Assembly: GCA_964016885.1 (NCBI GenBank)
Contig: OZ024765.1
Location: forward strand, 21,328,001 to 21,392,000
DNA length: 64,000 nucleotides
From: Eledone cirrhosa
Lineage: Eukaryota
Direction of reading: 5' to 3'
Shown here: piece after piece, positions 46,344 to 60,670 of the stretch
Layout: each line of letters opens with the position of its first letter
Position numbering within the stretch: position 1 is the stretch's first letter
Program-made: the position numbers and the translations under genes
The notes under the pieces: model-generated
Told to the model about the DNA's origin: nothing
Seen by the model: only the letters and a program-made list of their open reading frames with translations
The model's database searches: none

Positions 46344-46388
46344 ATGTAGTCTTCCCAACACAAATGAGTATAACACTATTTTCAAGTA

Positions 46389-46565
46389 GAGGTATGTGGC
46401 CTAGTGGTAAGGGTGTTGGACATAAAACATAATATTGAGGGTTCGATTCCTGGGTTGTGTTGTGTTCTTGAGTAAAACACTTCATTTCAAGCTGCTCCAG
46501 TATACTCAGCTGAAAATGAGTACCAGCTATATCTGGAGGTATAACCCTGCAATGGACAGGCGATG
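46389..46565 (+). mobile_element. Older tRNA-derived SINE (head related to family 2)
   Basis: TGGCCTAGTGG A-box, GGTTCGATTCC B-box, TTCTTGAGTAAAACACTT core and TAACCCTGCAATGGAC. Confidence 0.8.
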
Positions 46566-46642
46566 TGACTACAGATATATTTTTATATACACTCTGCCTG
46601 TGCATAGAATGCTTGATTTGGTACCAACACCAGTGTTTCACC

Positions 46643-47680
46643 CTACTACCTACACTACACTACACTACCTACACTACACTACCAACACTACCAACACTAC
46701 ACTACACTACCAACACTACACTACAAACACTACACTACACTACACTACCTACACTACACTACACTACCTACACTACACTACACTACCTACACTACACTAC
46801 CAACACTACACTACACTACCAACACTACACTACACTACACTACACTACCTACACTACACTACACTACCTACACTACACTACCTACACTACACTACACTAC
46901 CTACAATACAAACACTACACTACCAACACTACACTACACTACCAACACTACACTACCAACACTACACTACCAACACTACAAACACTACACTACCTACACT
47001 ACACTACACTACACTACAATACACTACCCTACAATACACTACACTACATACACTACACCACACCACACTACCTACACTGCTTACACTACACTACACTACC
47101 AACACTACAAACACTACACTGCTTACACTACACTACAGAACACTACACTACACTACCTACACTACACTACACTACACTACCTACACTACCTACCCTACAC
47201 TACACTACACAACCTACACTACACTACCTACACTACCTACCCTACCTACACTACACTACACTACCTACACTACCAACACTACACTACCAACACTACACTA
47301 CCTACCCTACACTACACTACACTACCTACACTACCAACACTACACTACCAACACTACACTACCTACCCTACACTACACTACCAACACTACACTACCAACA
47401 CTACACTACCTACACTACCAACACTACACTACCAACACTACACTACACTACCTACACTACCAACACTACACTACCAACACTACACTACCTACCCTACACT
47501 ACACTACACTACCTACACTACCAACACTACACTACCAACACTACACTACCTACCCTACACTACACTACCTACACTACCAACACTACACTACCTACCCTAC
47601 ACTACACTACACTACCTACCCTACACTACACTACACTACACAACCTACACTACACTACCTACATTACACTACACTACACA
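46643..47680. repeat. (CTACA)n pentanucleotide-based tract
   Basis: Direct reading. Confidence 0.96.
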
Positions 47681-47696
47681 TACATATATTTATATA

Positions 47697-47738
<42 letters not shown>

Positions 47739-47883
47739 TATAGATATGTATATATAAATATATATATATATGTATATATAAATATATATGTATATGTATA
47801 TATATGTATATATAAATATATATATATATGTATGTATAAATATATAGAAATATATATATATATATATAATTTTAATATAGATG

Positions 47884-47934
47884 AGATTGTACAGGACTAG
47901 AACTGTTTCATTCTTTAGAAATCATCAGGAATCT
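47884..47934 (-). ncRNA. Type-I hammerhead, slightly decayed
   Basis: AGATTC-CTGATGA-TTTC taaa GAAT-GAAA-CAG ttctagtc CTG-TA-CAATCT; core intact, with one core-proximal mismatch each in stems I and II. Confidence 0.65.
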
Positions 47935-48284
47935 GGGTATCAAAAAATAAATATGGTATTTATAGATCTCTACAAGTGGTAGGAGAGGGTGGGGAGTGGG
48001 ATGGGTGTAGGTCATTGGTTGATAGAAAAGGGAATTCATTAAAAGCTAATTCTACAAAGCTATAGTTTATTTTTATTAATTTTTGTTTTTAGAGTAACAA
48101 AGGCAGACATATTTATATATACATATATATATATATATATAAGCAGAGGTTATATTTAATTTGTTGGGATTCAACAAGCTTAAACATTTTATAACTGATA
48201 TAAAGCACTCAACAATTTAGTGGAGTAAATATACAATATATATTTTTTCCGGGTATGTCAATATTTATTTATCAAACAAATCTG

Positions 48285-48350
48285 TATTTTATCTGATGAA
48301 AGCGCACCATAATTTACCTTGGTCGCCCTTGAAATATGTATAATAAAATA
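48285..48350 (+). ncRNA. Minimal type-I hammerhead ribozyme
   Basis: TATTTTAT-CTGATGA-AAGCGCACCA..TGGTCGCCCTT-GAAA-TATGTA-TA-ATAAAATA with a perfect 8-bp stem I. Upstream 48140-48240 is homologous to the PLE repeat at 36680-36775. Confidence 0.8.
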
Positions 48351-48394
48351 ATTATGGTTTTATAAATATAGTTTCCATTTATTAATATATTGTA

Positions 48395-48458
<64 letters not shown>

Positions 48459-48555
48459 ATATATATATATATATCTCATATATATATATCTCATATATAT
48501 ATTTATATATATTTATATATACATATATATATATATTTATATATACATATATATA

Positions 48556-51500
48556 CATCATCATCATCATCATCATTTTACGTCCGCTTTTCCCTGCTCG
48601 CAAGGGTGGGATGGGTCTTATTCAGCACAGCATCTCTCCACTCGTCACGGTCCTTCGTCATCTCCACCGTGAGCTTCAACGATCTGAGGTCTGTTCTCAC
48701 CACCTCCGCCATTGTTTTTCGTGGTCTACCTCTACCACGTCTTCCTTCAACTGGCATTTCCTGGCACTTCTTCACCCATCGGTCATCCTCCATGCGCATC
48801 ACATGTCCATACCACCTCAGTCTCCTCTCCCGTACACTACATTCTATCCCTCTCAGACACAGTTTCTCTCTCAACACATTTATGCTGGGTCGTTCACGCA
48901 CATTTACACTGCATATCCAACGGAGCATGCTTGCCTGATTTCTCTCCAGCCGACGCATATCTTCTGCGGTAGCTGCCCATGTCTCACTACCATGCAGCAT
49001 CGAGCTCCTCACACAGGCATCATACAACCGTCTTTCGTATGCAGGGAGAAACCCTTCTTCGTCAGCAGAAGAAACATTTCCCTAAACTTCTTCCAACCCG
49101 TCCTTATTCTAGATACTATGGCCTCGGAACACCCTCCTCCCATGCTAATCTGATCTCCTAGGTACCGGAAGCTATCCACCACTTCTATAGAACCCGCCTG
49201 CATTTGAAAAATGTGTCTATCAATGCGACTTCTACTGTCTAATTTCCCTGTACATCTACTGCATACATATTTCTCCCTACCTGTTAGTTTGCCTGCTATC
49301 CCGCTACATCTCTTGTGTACCCAGGATCTGCATTGTGTGCATTTTATAGAATTTATGCCAGTTCCTTTTCTGCATATGGAACATGGCCATTTCCCTGACG
49401 GAATCAGGGTTTTGTCCTCTTTTCTACTCATCAACACTTTTGTCTTAGCTAGATTCACTCTCAGACCTCTTGCTTCCAACTGCTGTTTCCATAGCCAGAA
49501 TTTATTCTCTAGCTCCTCTACTGATTCTGCTATAAGAACCAGATCGTCAGCATAGAGAAGTTCTCATGGACAGCCAGTCTTAAACTCCTCTGTTATGGCT
49601 TGGAGGACTATAATGAACAAGAGCGGGCTGAGGACCGAACCCTGATGTACTCCTACTTGTATCTGGAATTCCTCACTAAACTCCATTCCTACCCTGACTT
49701 TATTGAGAGTACCTCTGTATAAAGTTTGCACTGTCTTCACAAACCATTCCTCAACACCTAGCTTCCTTAGGGACCACCAGATGACAGATCGGGGTACCCT
49801 ATCAAAGGCCTTCTCTAGGTCAACAAAGGCTAAGTATAGTGGCTCATTCTTCTCTAAGAACCTCTCTTGCAATTGTCTCACCAAGAAGAGGGCATCTGTT
49901 GTACTCTTCCCAGGCACAAAACCAAACTGCATCTCATCTAGTTTGACCCTTTCTCTAATTAGTTGTGCTAAAATCCTTTCTGCCACTTTCATAACCTGGT
50001 CCATCAGTTTTATACCCCTATAATTGCTCCTCTTCAAAGCATCCCCTTTACCTTTGTAGCAATTTATGAGAATACTGCTGCACCAGTCTTTGGGTATGAC
50101 ACCACCATATATAGCCTGATTGATGATGCGTGCAACCAGATTAGTGCCTACGTCCCCTGATGCCTTCAGCATCTCAGCAACTATTCCCGATGGTCCAGCA
50201 GCCTTACCATTTTTCATTTCCCTAATCGCCTCTTGGACCCTAAATTCGTCAATCTCAATAGCTGGTCCCTCTGTCGGATCTACCAAGGGTAATTTCTCTC
50301 TCTCTCATTCGTTCTCCACATTTATCAGTGTCTCATAATGACATTTCCAGGCCTCCTTTTTCTGATCATTCGTGACACTAAGTACACCGGCATCATCCCG
50401 GAAACATTTATCTCCAACAACATCCTGATTTGCATTGACACACTGCCTTGCAATGTTGAACACCGCACGCCTCTGATCTTCCCGTTGCAGAACATTGGCA
50501 AACCTCCTACTCTCTGCCTCCCTGCGTGCTAAGTACACCGGACGTCTAGCTTCTCTCTTAGTGGCTGTATATTCTTCCCTACTCCCACCCTTTTTCCAAG
50601 CCTTCCATGCTAGTCTTTTGTCTCTAATAGCCTTATCTACTGTGCTGTTCCACCACCAGGTCACTCTCTGTCTGGTTGGAGCTCTGCTCCAGCCACAGGT
50701 TTCATCAGTAGCCTGCAGCAAGTTGTCACGTAAGAAATTCCAGTTATTATCTATGTCATACGTCTCTAAATTGTCTTCTTTCTCGTCATATACATCTTGA
50801 AGGGCTTTCCTAAATTTGTATTTTAGTGAAAGGTCTTTTAGCTTCCAGACCTTTCTTCTCCACACCTTCCTATATCTCTCATTCCATCTCTTGCTTACTG
50901 AGATATCACTAACAACTAACCTATGCTGTGGGGTACATTCTTCCCCAGGGTATGCCTTGGTATTAGACACTATCTGCCGGTCCCGCTGCCTAACTAGCAA
51001 GAAGTCAATCTGGCTTATGTGCTCACCAGATGTGTAGGTTATTAGGTGATTGGCAGGTTTCTGGAAGTTTGTGTTGCAAATAGTCAATGTACCCGCATCA
51101 CAAAATTCAAGAAGTCTCACTCCTTCTTCATTTCTTGAACCGTAACCGTGCCCACCATGTACCCCAGTGTAACCATCCTGGAGCTGTCCAACATGACCAT
51201 TGAAGTCTCCTGCTAGCATAACGATGTCTCCGTCCTCTGTCATTGCGGTTGTTTGCAAAAGTTGCTCATAAAAGCAGTCTTTCTCATCTTTGCCTAGGCC
51301 TGCTTGGGGAGCATAGGCCGAGATGATTGTCAGTAGTCTCCTACCTACAACTAATCTAAACTTAATTATTCGATTACTAACTCGAACTACCTCTATTGTC
51401 TTACTGATCGATTTCTCAGCCAGGAAAATGCCTACTCCCCCTAACCCATCATCCTTACCTACCCAGAATAGCTTAGAGCTAAGACGCTTGCCTACGACTA

Positions 51501-51780
51501 GTCTTGCAGAGGCACCTCTCCATCTCACCTCTTGCACGCAGCACACATCCACCTGCCTTCTCTCCAGCATCTCCGCTATTTCAGCAGATCTACCTCTGAG
51601 AGTGCCAACATTAAGTGTTGCAACTCTGAGATGCGACGTCTTCATATTTTGTTGTTGTTCCTATTTGTTGCTGTGCTGATAAGCGTTTTGGCATTGATAC
51701 ACTGGTTGGATGCCCTTCCTAACACCAGCGCCACTTTACAGCATGGACTGGGTGCTTTTATTTGTGCCACCAGCACTAGA
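48556..51780 (-). mobile_element. Near full-length RTE LINE (APE, RT, PHD-like finger), inactivated
   Basis: [50 protein letters not shown] and HGSETW motifs; TGG>TGA stops at ~50305 and ~49564, frameshift at ~49030; (TGA)n tail. Confidence 0.96.
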
Positions 51781-51876
51781 GAGGATGTCTTACTAGACTC
51801 AAGGGCCCTCTCTACCCCTCCATTTTTTTTTTTTACATATATATATATATATATACACACATATATATATATATAT

Positions 51877-51932
<56 letters not shown>

Positions 51933-51933
51933 G

Positions 51934-51964
<31 letters not shown>

Positions 51965-52040
51965 ACACATATATATATATATATACACACACATATATAT
52001 ATATATACACACACACACATATATATATATACACACACAC

Positions 52041-52073
<33 letters not shown>

Positions 52074-52521
52074 CACACATATTGTTATACTTGGGGAGGG
52101 TCATATTTGTGTAATATTGCCAGAATTAATAACAGAACACACTCCCTGTTTGGTTGGTTTTCGCTTTTCGCTTCTGTGTCTTTTATATCGGTAATCTAAC
52201 TTTCTCGGTCCTCAATGTTGCCATTGACTGACCAACGGTTAAAAATAATACAGATACAATATAGACACAAACACATATATATAGCTTATCATAACTCTTT
52301 CGTTGCACATCTGCAACATCGTCAGTGGTGTTATATTTTCCTCCTGTTGTGTTGTATGTCTACGCCATTTTTTTTTATTTTTTATTTTTTTTTATGTCTG
52401 TCTACACACATATATATATATACACACACACATCTATATATATATATATATATCCATCTGGTATCTAGATCAACAATTCATCGTCGCTATAGACACACAC
52501 ATATATATATATATACACACA

Positions 52522-52570
<49 letters not shown>

Positions 52571-52576
52571 GCACAC

Positions 52577-52607
<31 letters not shown>

Positions 52608-52656
52608 TATATATACACACACACACACATATATATATACACACACATATATATAT

Positions 52657-52689
<33 letters not shown>

Positions 52690-52704
52690 CTTATACACAC
52701 ACAC

Positions 52705-52737
<33 letters not shown>

Positions 52738-52768
52738 TGTATATACACACACACAAACACATATATAT

Positions 52769-52821
<53 letters not shown>

Positions 52822-52834
52822 TATATGTATATAT

Positions 52835-52881
<47 letters not shown>

Positions 52882-52924
52882 TGTATATACACACACACAA
52901 ACACATATATATACACACACACAC

Positions 52925-52957
<33 letters not shown>

Positions 52958-52968
52958 TATATGTATAT

Positions 52969-53017
<49 letters not shown>

Positions 53018-53401
53018 TCTATATATATATATCTATCTGGTATCTAGATCAACAATAATTTTATCAATCAAGTTCACTCAGTGTATGGAATCAACGAGAG
53101 AGAGAGGGGAGAGAGAGGGAAACAGAGAGAAAGAAAGGGGGAGAGAGAGCAACACACAATTCTTTATTGGCAGCCATCTTGTCATTTCATTTCTTCTTTT
53201 TTCTCCGTTTCTCATTAACTCTGCAATTCTAACTTCCCCACCACCACCCACCACCACACTACTCCACCCACCCCCACCACCTCCTCCATCCACAGCCCAA
53301 CCTCCAGTAATTTGCTATACAAATATTGTTATATTGCATATATGTGTGTATATATATGTGTGTGTATATATATATATGATGATGATGATATATATATATA
53401 C

Positions 53402-53439
<38 letters not shown>

Positions 53440-53498
53440 GTATATATATATATATACATATATATATACATATGTATATATATATATACATATGTATA

Positions 53499-53529
<31 letters not shown>

Positions 53530-53598
53530 GTATATATATGTATATATATATATACATATGTATATATATATATATACATATATATATATACATATGTA

Positions 53599-53648
<50 letters not shown>

Positions 53649-53663
53649 CATATGTATATATAC

Positions 53664-53694
<31 letters not shown>

Positions 53695-53804
53695 CATATG
53701 TATATATATATATATATATATACATATGTATATATATACATATGTATATGTATATATATATATATAAATATATATATATATATGCATATATATATATACA
53801 TATG

Positions 53805-53973
<169 letters not shown>

Positions 53974-54040
53974 AAAGAGATGAAATCGAAAATGCAACTG
54001 AAGTCTTATTGTTTAAAAAAATATATATATTTATTTGGTT

Positions 54041-54078
54041 CCTTTACCGGTTTCGCAGTTCTTCTGCTTTTCAAAAGG
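54041..54078 (-). ncRNA. Hammerhead variant (U3-A8 core), mirror copy
   Basis: Exact reverse complement of 54156-54193. Confidence 0.7.
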
Positions 54079-54155
54079 TGAGTTGAGATGGAGGGTCTGT
54101 GGTTTTTCTCACATCTGTGAGAAAAAAAAAACCACAGACCCTCCATCTCAACTCA

Positions 54156-54193
54156 CCTTTTGAAAAGCAGAAGAACTGCGAAACCGGTAAAGG
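54156..54193 (+). ncRNA. Minimal hammerhead variant with U3-A8 core
   Basis: CCTT-TTGAAAA-GCAG aagaa CTGC-GAAA-CCGG-TA-AAGG. Confidence 0.72.
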
Positions 54194-54324
54194 AACCAAA
54201 TAAATATATATATTTTTTAAAAAAATAAGACTTCTGTTGCATTTTCGATTTCATCTCTTTTTCTTTATACTTTCACTCGTGTAGGACACCTCGGTTATTT
54301 TTCATTTTGTAAAAAAAACCTCAC

Positions 54325-54363
<39 letters not shown>

Positions 54364-54593
54364 TATATACATATGTATATATATATATATATACATATGT
54401 ATATATATATATATATACATATGTATATATATATATATATACATATGTATATATATATATATATACATATGTATATATATATATATACATATGCATATAT
54501 ATAAATATATATATATATGCATATATATAAATATATATATATATGCATATATATATATATATGCATATATATATATATATATATACATATGTA

Positions 54594-54629
<36 letters not shown>

Positions 54630-54661
54630 CATATGTATATATATATATATATATACATATG

Positions 54662-54720
<59 letters not shown>

Positions 54721-54747
54721 GTATATATATATATATATATAGATATG

Positions 54748-54832
<85 letters not shown>

Positions 54833-54871
54833 ATATATATATATGTATGTATATATATATATATGTATGTA

Positions 54872-54904
<33 letters not shown>

Positions 54905-55107
54905 TTATGTGTGTGTATATATATATATATATATATGTGTATATATATATATATATATATTTATATGTGTGTGTATATATATGTGTATATATATATATAT
55001 ATTTGTGTATATATATATATGTGTGTGTGTATATATATATATGTGTGTGTATATATATATATATATATGTGTGTGTATATATATATGTGTGTGTGTGTGT
55101 ATATATA

Positions 55108-55242
<135 letters not shown>

Positions 55243-55335
55243 GAAGTAATTCCGTCGGAAAAGTCCAGGAAAAAAGAGTGCTCTCTGTAGGTAACAGAGC
55301 TTAATAGTTATGTAATAAACAACATAAGGCAATTA

Positions 55336-55395
55336 TTCCATTTACCAGTGGTTTCTTAAAAGCAAAAAAATTTGCTTTCAATCATCAGAATGAAA
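55336..55395 (-). ncRNA. Type-I hammerhead ribozyme, canonical core
   Basis: TTTCATT-CTGATGA-TTGAAAGCAAA tttt TTTGCTTTTAA-GAAA-CC act GG-TA-AATGGAA. Confidence 0.83.
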
Positions 55396-55658
55396 GAATC
55401 CTGGTGTATTTATTGTCAACTTTATAATAGTCTTTATTTTCTTTTTTATGTCTTTTATTATTAAATATACTTTTTCTTATATTTATTTGCGTGTGTGAGT
55501 ATGTAGAGGTGTGTGTATATTTTTCTATTTTTGTGCATGCATATGTGTGCATGTATATATGTGTGTATGTATGTGTATGTATGTACGTGTGTATATACGT
55601 ATGATTGTGTGTATGTATGTATGTATATGTATCTGTGTATGGCTATGTATGTGTATGC

Positions 55659-55690
<32 letters not shown>

Positions 55691-56020
55691 ATATATGTAT
55701 ATATATGTGTGTGGTTGTATATATGTATGTGTATGTATGGATATATTGATATTTATGTGTGTATGTATGTGTGTATGTATGTGTATGTATATATATACAC
55801 ATATATGTGTGTGTGTGTGTATATGTGTGTGTGTATGTATGTGTGTATGTATATATATATATGTGTGTGTATGTATATAATTGTGTGTGTGTGTGTGCGT
55901 GTGTGTGTTCACATGTGTTTTTATTTTAATTTTCCTTTCCTTCTTCCTTCTCCAGCCTCACTTTCATATAGATTGCATTTTTGTTTTTAGAATCCAATGT
56001 CAATAAACAAACCAGGATTC

Positions 56021-56080
56021 TTTCAATCAGATGATTGAAAGCAAAATCTTTTGCTTTTAAGAAACCACTGGTAAATGGAA
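56021..56080 (+). ncRNA. Inverted, mutated copy of the 55336 hammerhead
   Basis: Core reads CAGATGA (U4A) with a stem I mismatch; lies in the inverted repeat 55304-55415/56001-56112. Confidence 0.65.
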
Positions 56081-56124
56081 TAATTGCCTTATGTTGTTTA
56101 TTACATAACTATATATATATATAA

Positions 56125-56217
<93 letters not shown>

Positions 56218-56556
56218 TATGTATATCTATATATATACATATATATTTAGACATATGTATATATATATATACATATATATTTAGACATATGTATATATAT
56301 ATATACATATATATATAGACATATGTATATATATATACATATATAGACATATATATATATATATACACATATATATATATATATACACATATATATATAG
56401 ACATATGTATATATATATATACATATATATATAGACATCTATATATATACATATGAATATATAGACATATATATATATATACACATATGAATATATAGAC
56501 ATATATATATATATACATATATATATAGACATATGTATATATATATACATATATAT

Positions 56557-56770
56557 AGTATTTAGCCTGATAATGGGGTTAAGAACCCTCGGAGAAATGG
56601 AAAAAGATGAGTATTGACGTATATGGTTTCGAAAATATTCTTACTTTATATATATATATATATATATGTCTATATGTATATATATATATGTCTATATATA
56701 TATATAGATGTCTATACATATATATATAGACATCTATATATATATAGACATATATATATATATACATATA

Positions 56771-56823
<53 letters not shown>

Positions 56824-56912
56824 AGTAAGAATATTTTCGAAACCATATACGTCAATACTCATCTTTTTCCATTTCTCCGAGGGTTCTTAACCCCATTATC
56901 AGGCTAAATACT
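56557..56912. repeat. 90-bp perfect inverted repeat around a (TA)n spacer
   Basis: 56557-56646 is the reverse complement of 56823-56912. Confidence 0.93.
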
Positions 56913-56978
56913 TTCTTTAATTTCTTTATTCAAAATACGGTGATAGCTTACATATCTAATAATATATATACATATATA

Positions 56979-59948
56979 TCATCATCATCATCATCATCAC
57001 CGTTTTACGTCCGTTCTTCCACGCTAGCATGGGTTAGACGGGTTGTCCTGTTGTGGGCAGTGTCTGGTCGGCTGACCATGCCTTGCTCATACAGGAACTG
57101 ATCTGGCTTTATTTCTACAGCTGGATGCCCTTCCTAACACCAACCTCATTTACAGTGAGTGCTGGGTGCTTTTTCGTGGCGCCTACACGTCCACTTTACA
57201 GTGTGGGCTGGGTGCTTTTTTGCCGTGGCACCTCCACGACCACCTTGCGGTGGGGGGGGGGGGGGGGGCATATTGTTTATATGCTTCAGCATGTACCCAT
57301 GGGAGGTCGGGTACCCTGTATTACTGCGTGACGCCAGAAGTCACGGTCGTGTGTCATTGACTTTGAGAGGTGTAGTTGGGTAAGGTCGGCTTTTATCACC
57401 TCATCCCAAGTCATCTTGGGTCTCCCCACTCCGCGGTTTCCATCAACTTCTAGTGCTCTGCACCTTTTTATGCAGCTGTCATCCTTCATACGCATCACAT
57501 GTCCATACCAGCGTAACCGCCTCTCCTGCACGCAGCATTTGATTCCTCTTATGCTCAGTCTCTCTCTCAATTCATTTATGCTTTGTCGTTCACGTATATT
57601 ACTGTTACACATCCATCGGAGCATGCAGGCTTCGTTTCTCTCTAATCTACGTAAGTCTTCCACCTTCAGCGCCCAGGTCTCACTACCATGCAACATCGCT
57701 GTTCGGATACACGCATCATACAGTCTGCCTTTCATTCTGAGGGAGAAGCCTTTTGCAGCTAGCAGTGGTAGTAGTTCCCTAAACTTCTTCCATCCCGTTC
57801 TTACCCTAGTTATTGTACTTTCTGAGCACCCACCTCCGTTGCTAATTCGGTCACCTAGGTAGCAGAAGCTGTCTACTGTTTCTACAGGGCCCTCCCAGAG
57901 ATTGGTGGTACTTGTTTCCTGTGGCTGTTTGCTTGCTGTTTCAGCACAGCTGCTGCATGTGAATCCTACATTCTTAATTAAGCTTCCTGAGATCCCGCTA
58001 CATCTCTTGTGTACCCATTGTTTGCATTTGGGGCAAAGAATGGAGTTCCTACCTACACCTTTCCTACATACTGAGCAAGGCCATTTCCCTGAGGGGATCT
58101 GGGTTCTGTTTTCTCGTCTACTTATAAGGACCTTAGTCTTTGTCATGTTGACTTTGAGGCCCTTTCTCTCTAGTCCCTGCTTCCAGGTTTGGAATTTATT
58201 CTCTAGTTCTACCATAGATTCAGCTATGAGTGCGAGGTCATCAGCATACAGGAGTTCCCATGGGCATCCGGTCTTAAACTCCTCCGTTATTGCCTGCAGG
58301 ACTATGATGAACAGGAGAGGGCTAAGAACAGAGCCCTGGTGGACCCCAACCTGTACGCTAAATTCCTCGCTATACTCATTGCCAATCCTAACTTTGCTGA
58401 CTGCTCCCCTATACATGGCTTGTACCGCTTTCACAAGCCATTCATCTACTCCTAGTTTTCTAAGAGCCCACCAGATTACTGCACGTGGAACTCTGTCAAA
58501 GGCTTTCTCAAGGTCGACAAATGCCAAGTAGAGTGGCTTACTTTTAGCTAGGTACTTTTCCTGTAATTGCCTCACAAGGAAGAGCGCATCAGTGGTGCCT
58601 TTCCCTGGTACAAACCCAAATTGCATCTCGTCTATATTCACCCGGTCCCTAATCAGCTGTGCTATAACTCTTTCTGTTACTTTCATGACCTGGTCCATCA
58701 ACTTTATACCTCTATAGTTTCCTCTATCTAGTGCATCGCCTTTACCTTTGTAGCAGTTGACAATGATGCTACTGCACCAATCTTTTGGTATGGCCCCCTC
58801 TAGTATTACCTGGTTAACGATACGTGTGGTTATAGTGTGACCTACAGACCCAGATGCCTTCAGCATCTCGGCAGCTATACCCGATGGACCGGTTGCCTTC
58901 CCTATCTTCATATCTCTGATTGCCTTACTTACTACGCTGCCGCTGACTTGTACTGCTGGTCCCTCTATAGGGTCTACGTGGGGTAGGGTCTCTTCTTCCC
59001 ATGCATTCTCCTCATTTAGTAATCTATCATAATGACTCTTCCATGCATCTTTCTTCTCAGCACTTGTGAGGGCAAGCTCACCTTTATCATTCCGGATACA
59101 CTTCTCTCCAATGACATCACAACTATCTCTGACACACTGCCTCGCAATCTTGAATACCTCCTGTTTCTGGTCCTCACGTTGTAAAACATGCTTGAATTTT
59201 CTATCCTCTGCTTCCCTCCTAGCTAAGTATACTTGTCGCCTAGCTTCCCTCTTGGTCTCTATGTAATGTACCCTGCTCCCCCCGTTCTTCCATTCTTTCC
59301 ATGCCTGTCTCTTGGCCTTGACTGCTTCATCTACCTTATTGTTCCACCACCAAGTCACTCTCCTCCTGCTTGAGGTCTTACTCCAGCCACAAACCTCATC
59401 CGTCGCCTCTAGTAAGTTATTTTTTAGGAACTCCCAGTTCTCTTCTACGTTAAATGTCTCTATCTGTTCTTCTTTACTGTCGTAGGCGTTGAGTAAAATA
59501 TCTTTAAATCTGTTACTGGTTGAGGGGACTTTCAGCTTCCAGATCTTTCTTCTCCAGGTTGGCCTCTGTTTCAGGGCTCGTCTAGTTCTGACCGTGAGGT
59601 CGCTGACAACTAAGCTATGTTGGGATGTACATTCCTCACTAGGGAAGGCTTTTGTGTTTACGACCGTCCATCTGTCACGTCCTCTGATGAGGATAAAATC
59701 TAACTGACTAGAGTGCTCCCCTGATCTATAGGTGATCAGGTGGTTGTCGGGTTTTTTAAAGTTTGTGTTACATATCGACATGTCATTGGCGTCGCAGAAT
59801 TCTAGAAGTCTGAATCCTTCCTCATTCCTTGTGCCAACTCCATGGCCTCCATGTACTCTATTGAAGCCGTCGCAGTGTTTACCTACGTGTCCGTTAAAAT
59901 CTCCTGCAATGATTAGGAAGTCCTTGTCGTCTGTTAGAGCAGTAGTGT
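56979..59948 (-). mobile_element. 5'-truncated RTE LINE with an uninterrupted ~890-codon ORF (partial APE, RT, PHD finger), 3' UTR and (TGA)n tail
   Basis: ORF from ~59948 to 57286: [41 protein letters not shown]4HC3 finger, FCYLG. The N-terminal YI-repeat of the listed ORF is microsatellite. Confidence 0.97.
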
Positions 59949-59992
59949 GTATTATGTATGTATATATATATATGTATGTATATATAAATATG

Positions 59993-60045
<53 letters not shown>

Positions 60046-60094
60046 ATATATATATATGTATATATATATATGTATGTATATATAAATATGTATG

Positions 60095-60127
<33 letters not shown>

Positions 60128-60146
60128 GTATGTATATATAAATATG

Positions 60147-60184
<38 letters not shown>

Positions 60185-60186
60185 TG

Positions 60187-60226
<40 letters not shown>

Positions 60227-60258
60227 TGTATGTATATATATATATATATATAAATATG

Positions 60259-60314
<56 letters not shown>

Positions 60315-60320
60315 TGTATG

Positions 60321-60368
<48 letters not shown>

Positions 60369-60378
60369 AATATGTATG

Positions 60379-60410
<32 letters not shown>

Positions 60411-60451
60411 AATATGTATGTATATATATAAATATGTATGTATATATATAA

Positions 60452-60530
<79 letters not shown>

Positions 60531-60548
60531 TGTATATATATAAATATG

Positions 60549-60646
<98 letters not shown>

Positions 60647-60670
60647 CATATATATGTATATATATATATT

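Noticed and set aside
49564-50307. Two TGG>TGA stops as APOBEC-like editing or recoding
   Set aside because: Only two events, and the copy also has a frameshift; ordinary decay suffices.
52455-53056. Duplicated ATCTGGTATCTAGATCAACAAT flanking a CA/TA tract
   Set aside because: Most simply local slippage or duplication; no element recognisable between the copies.
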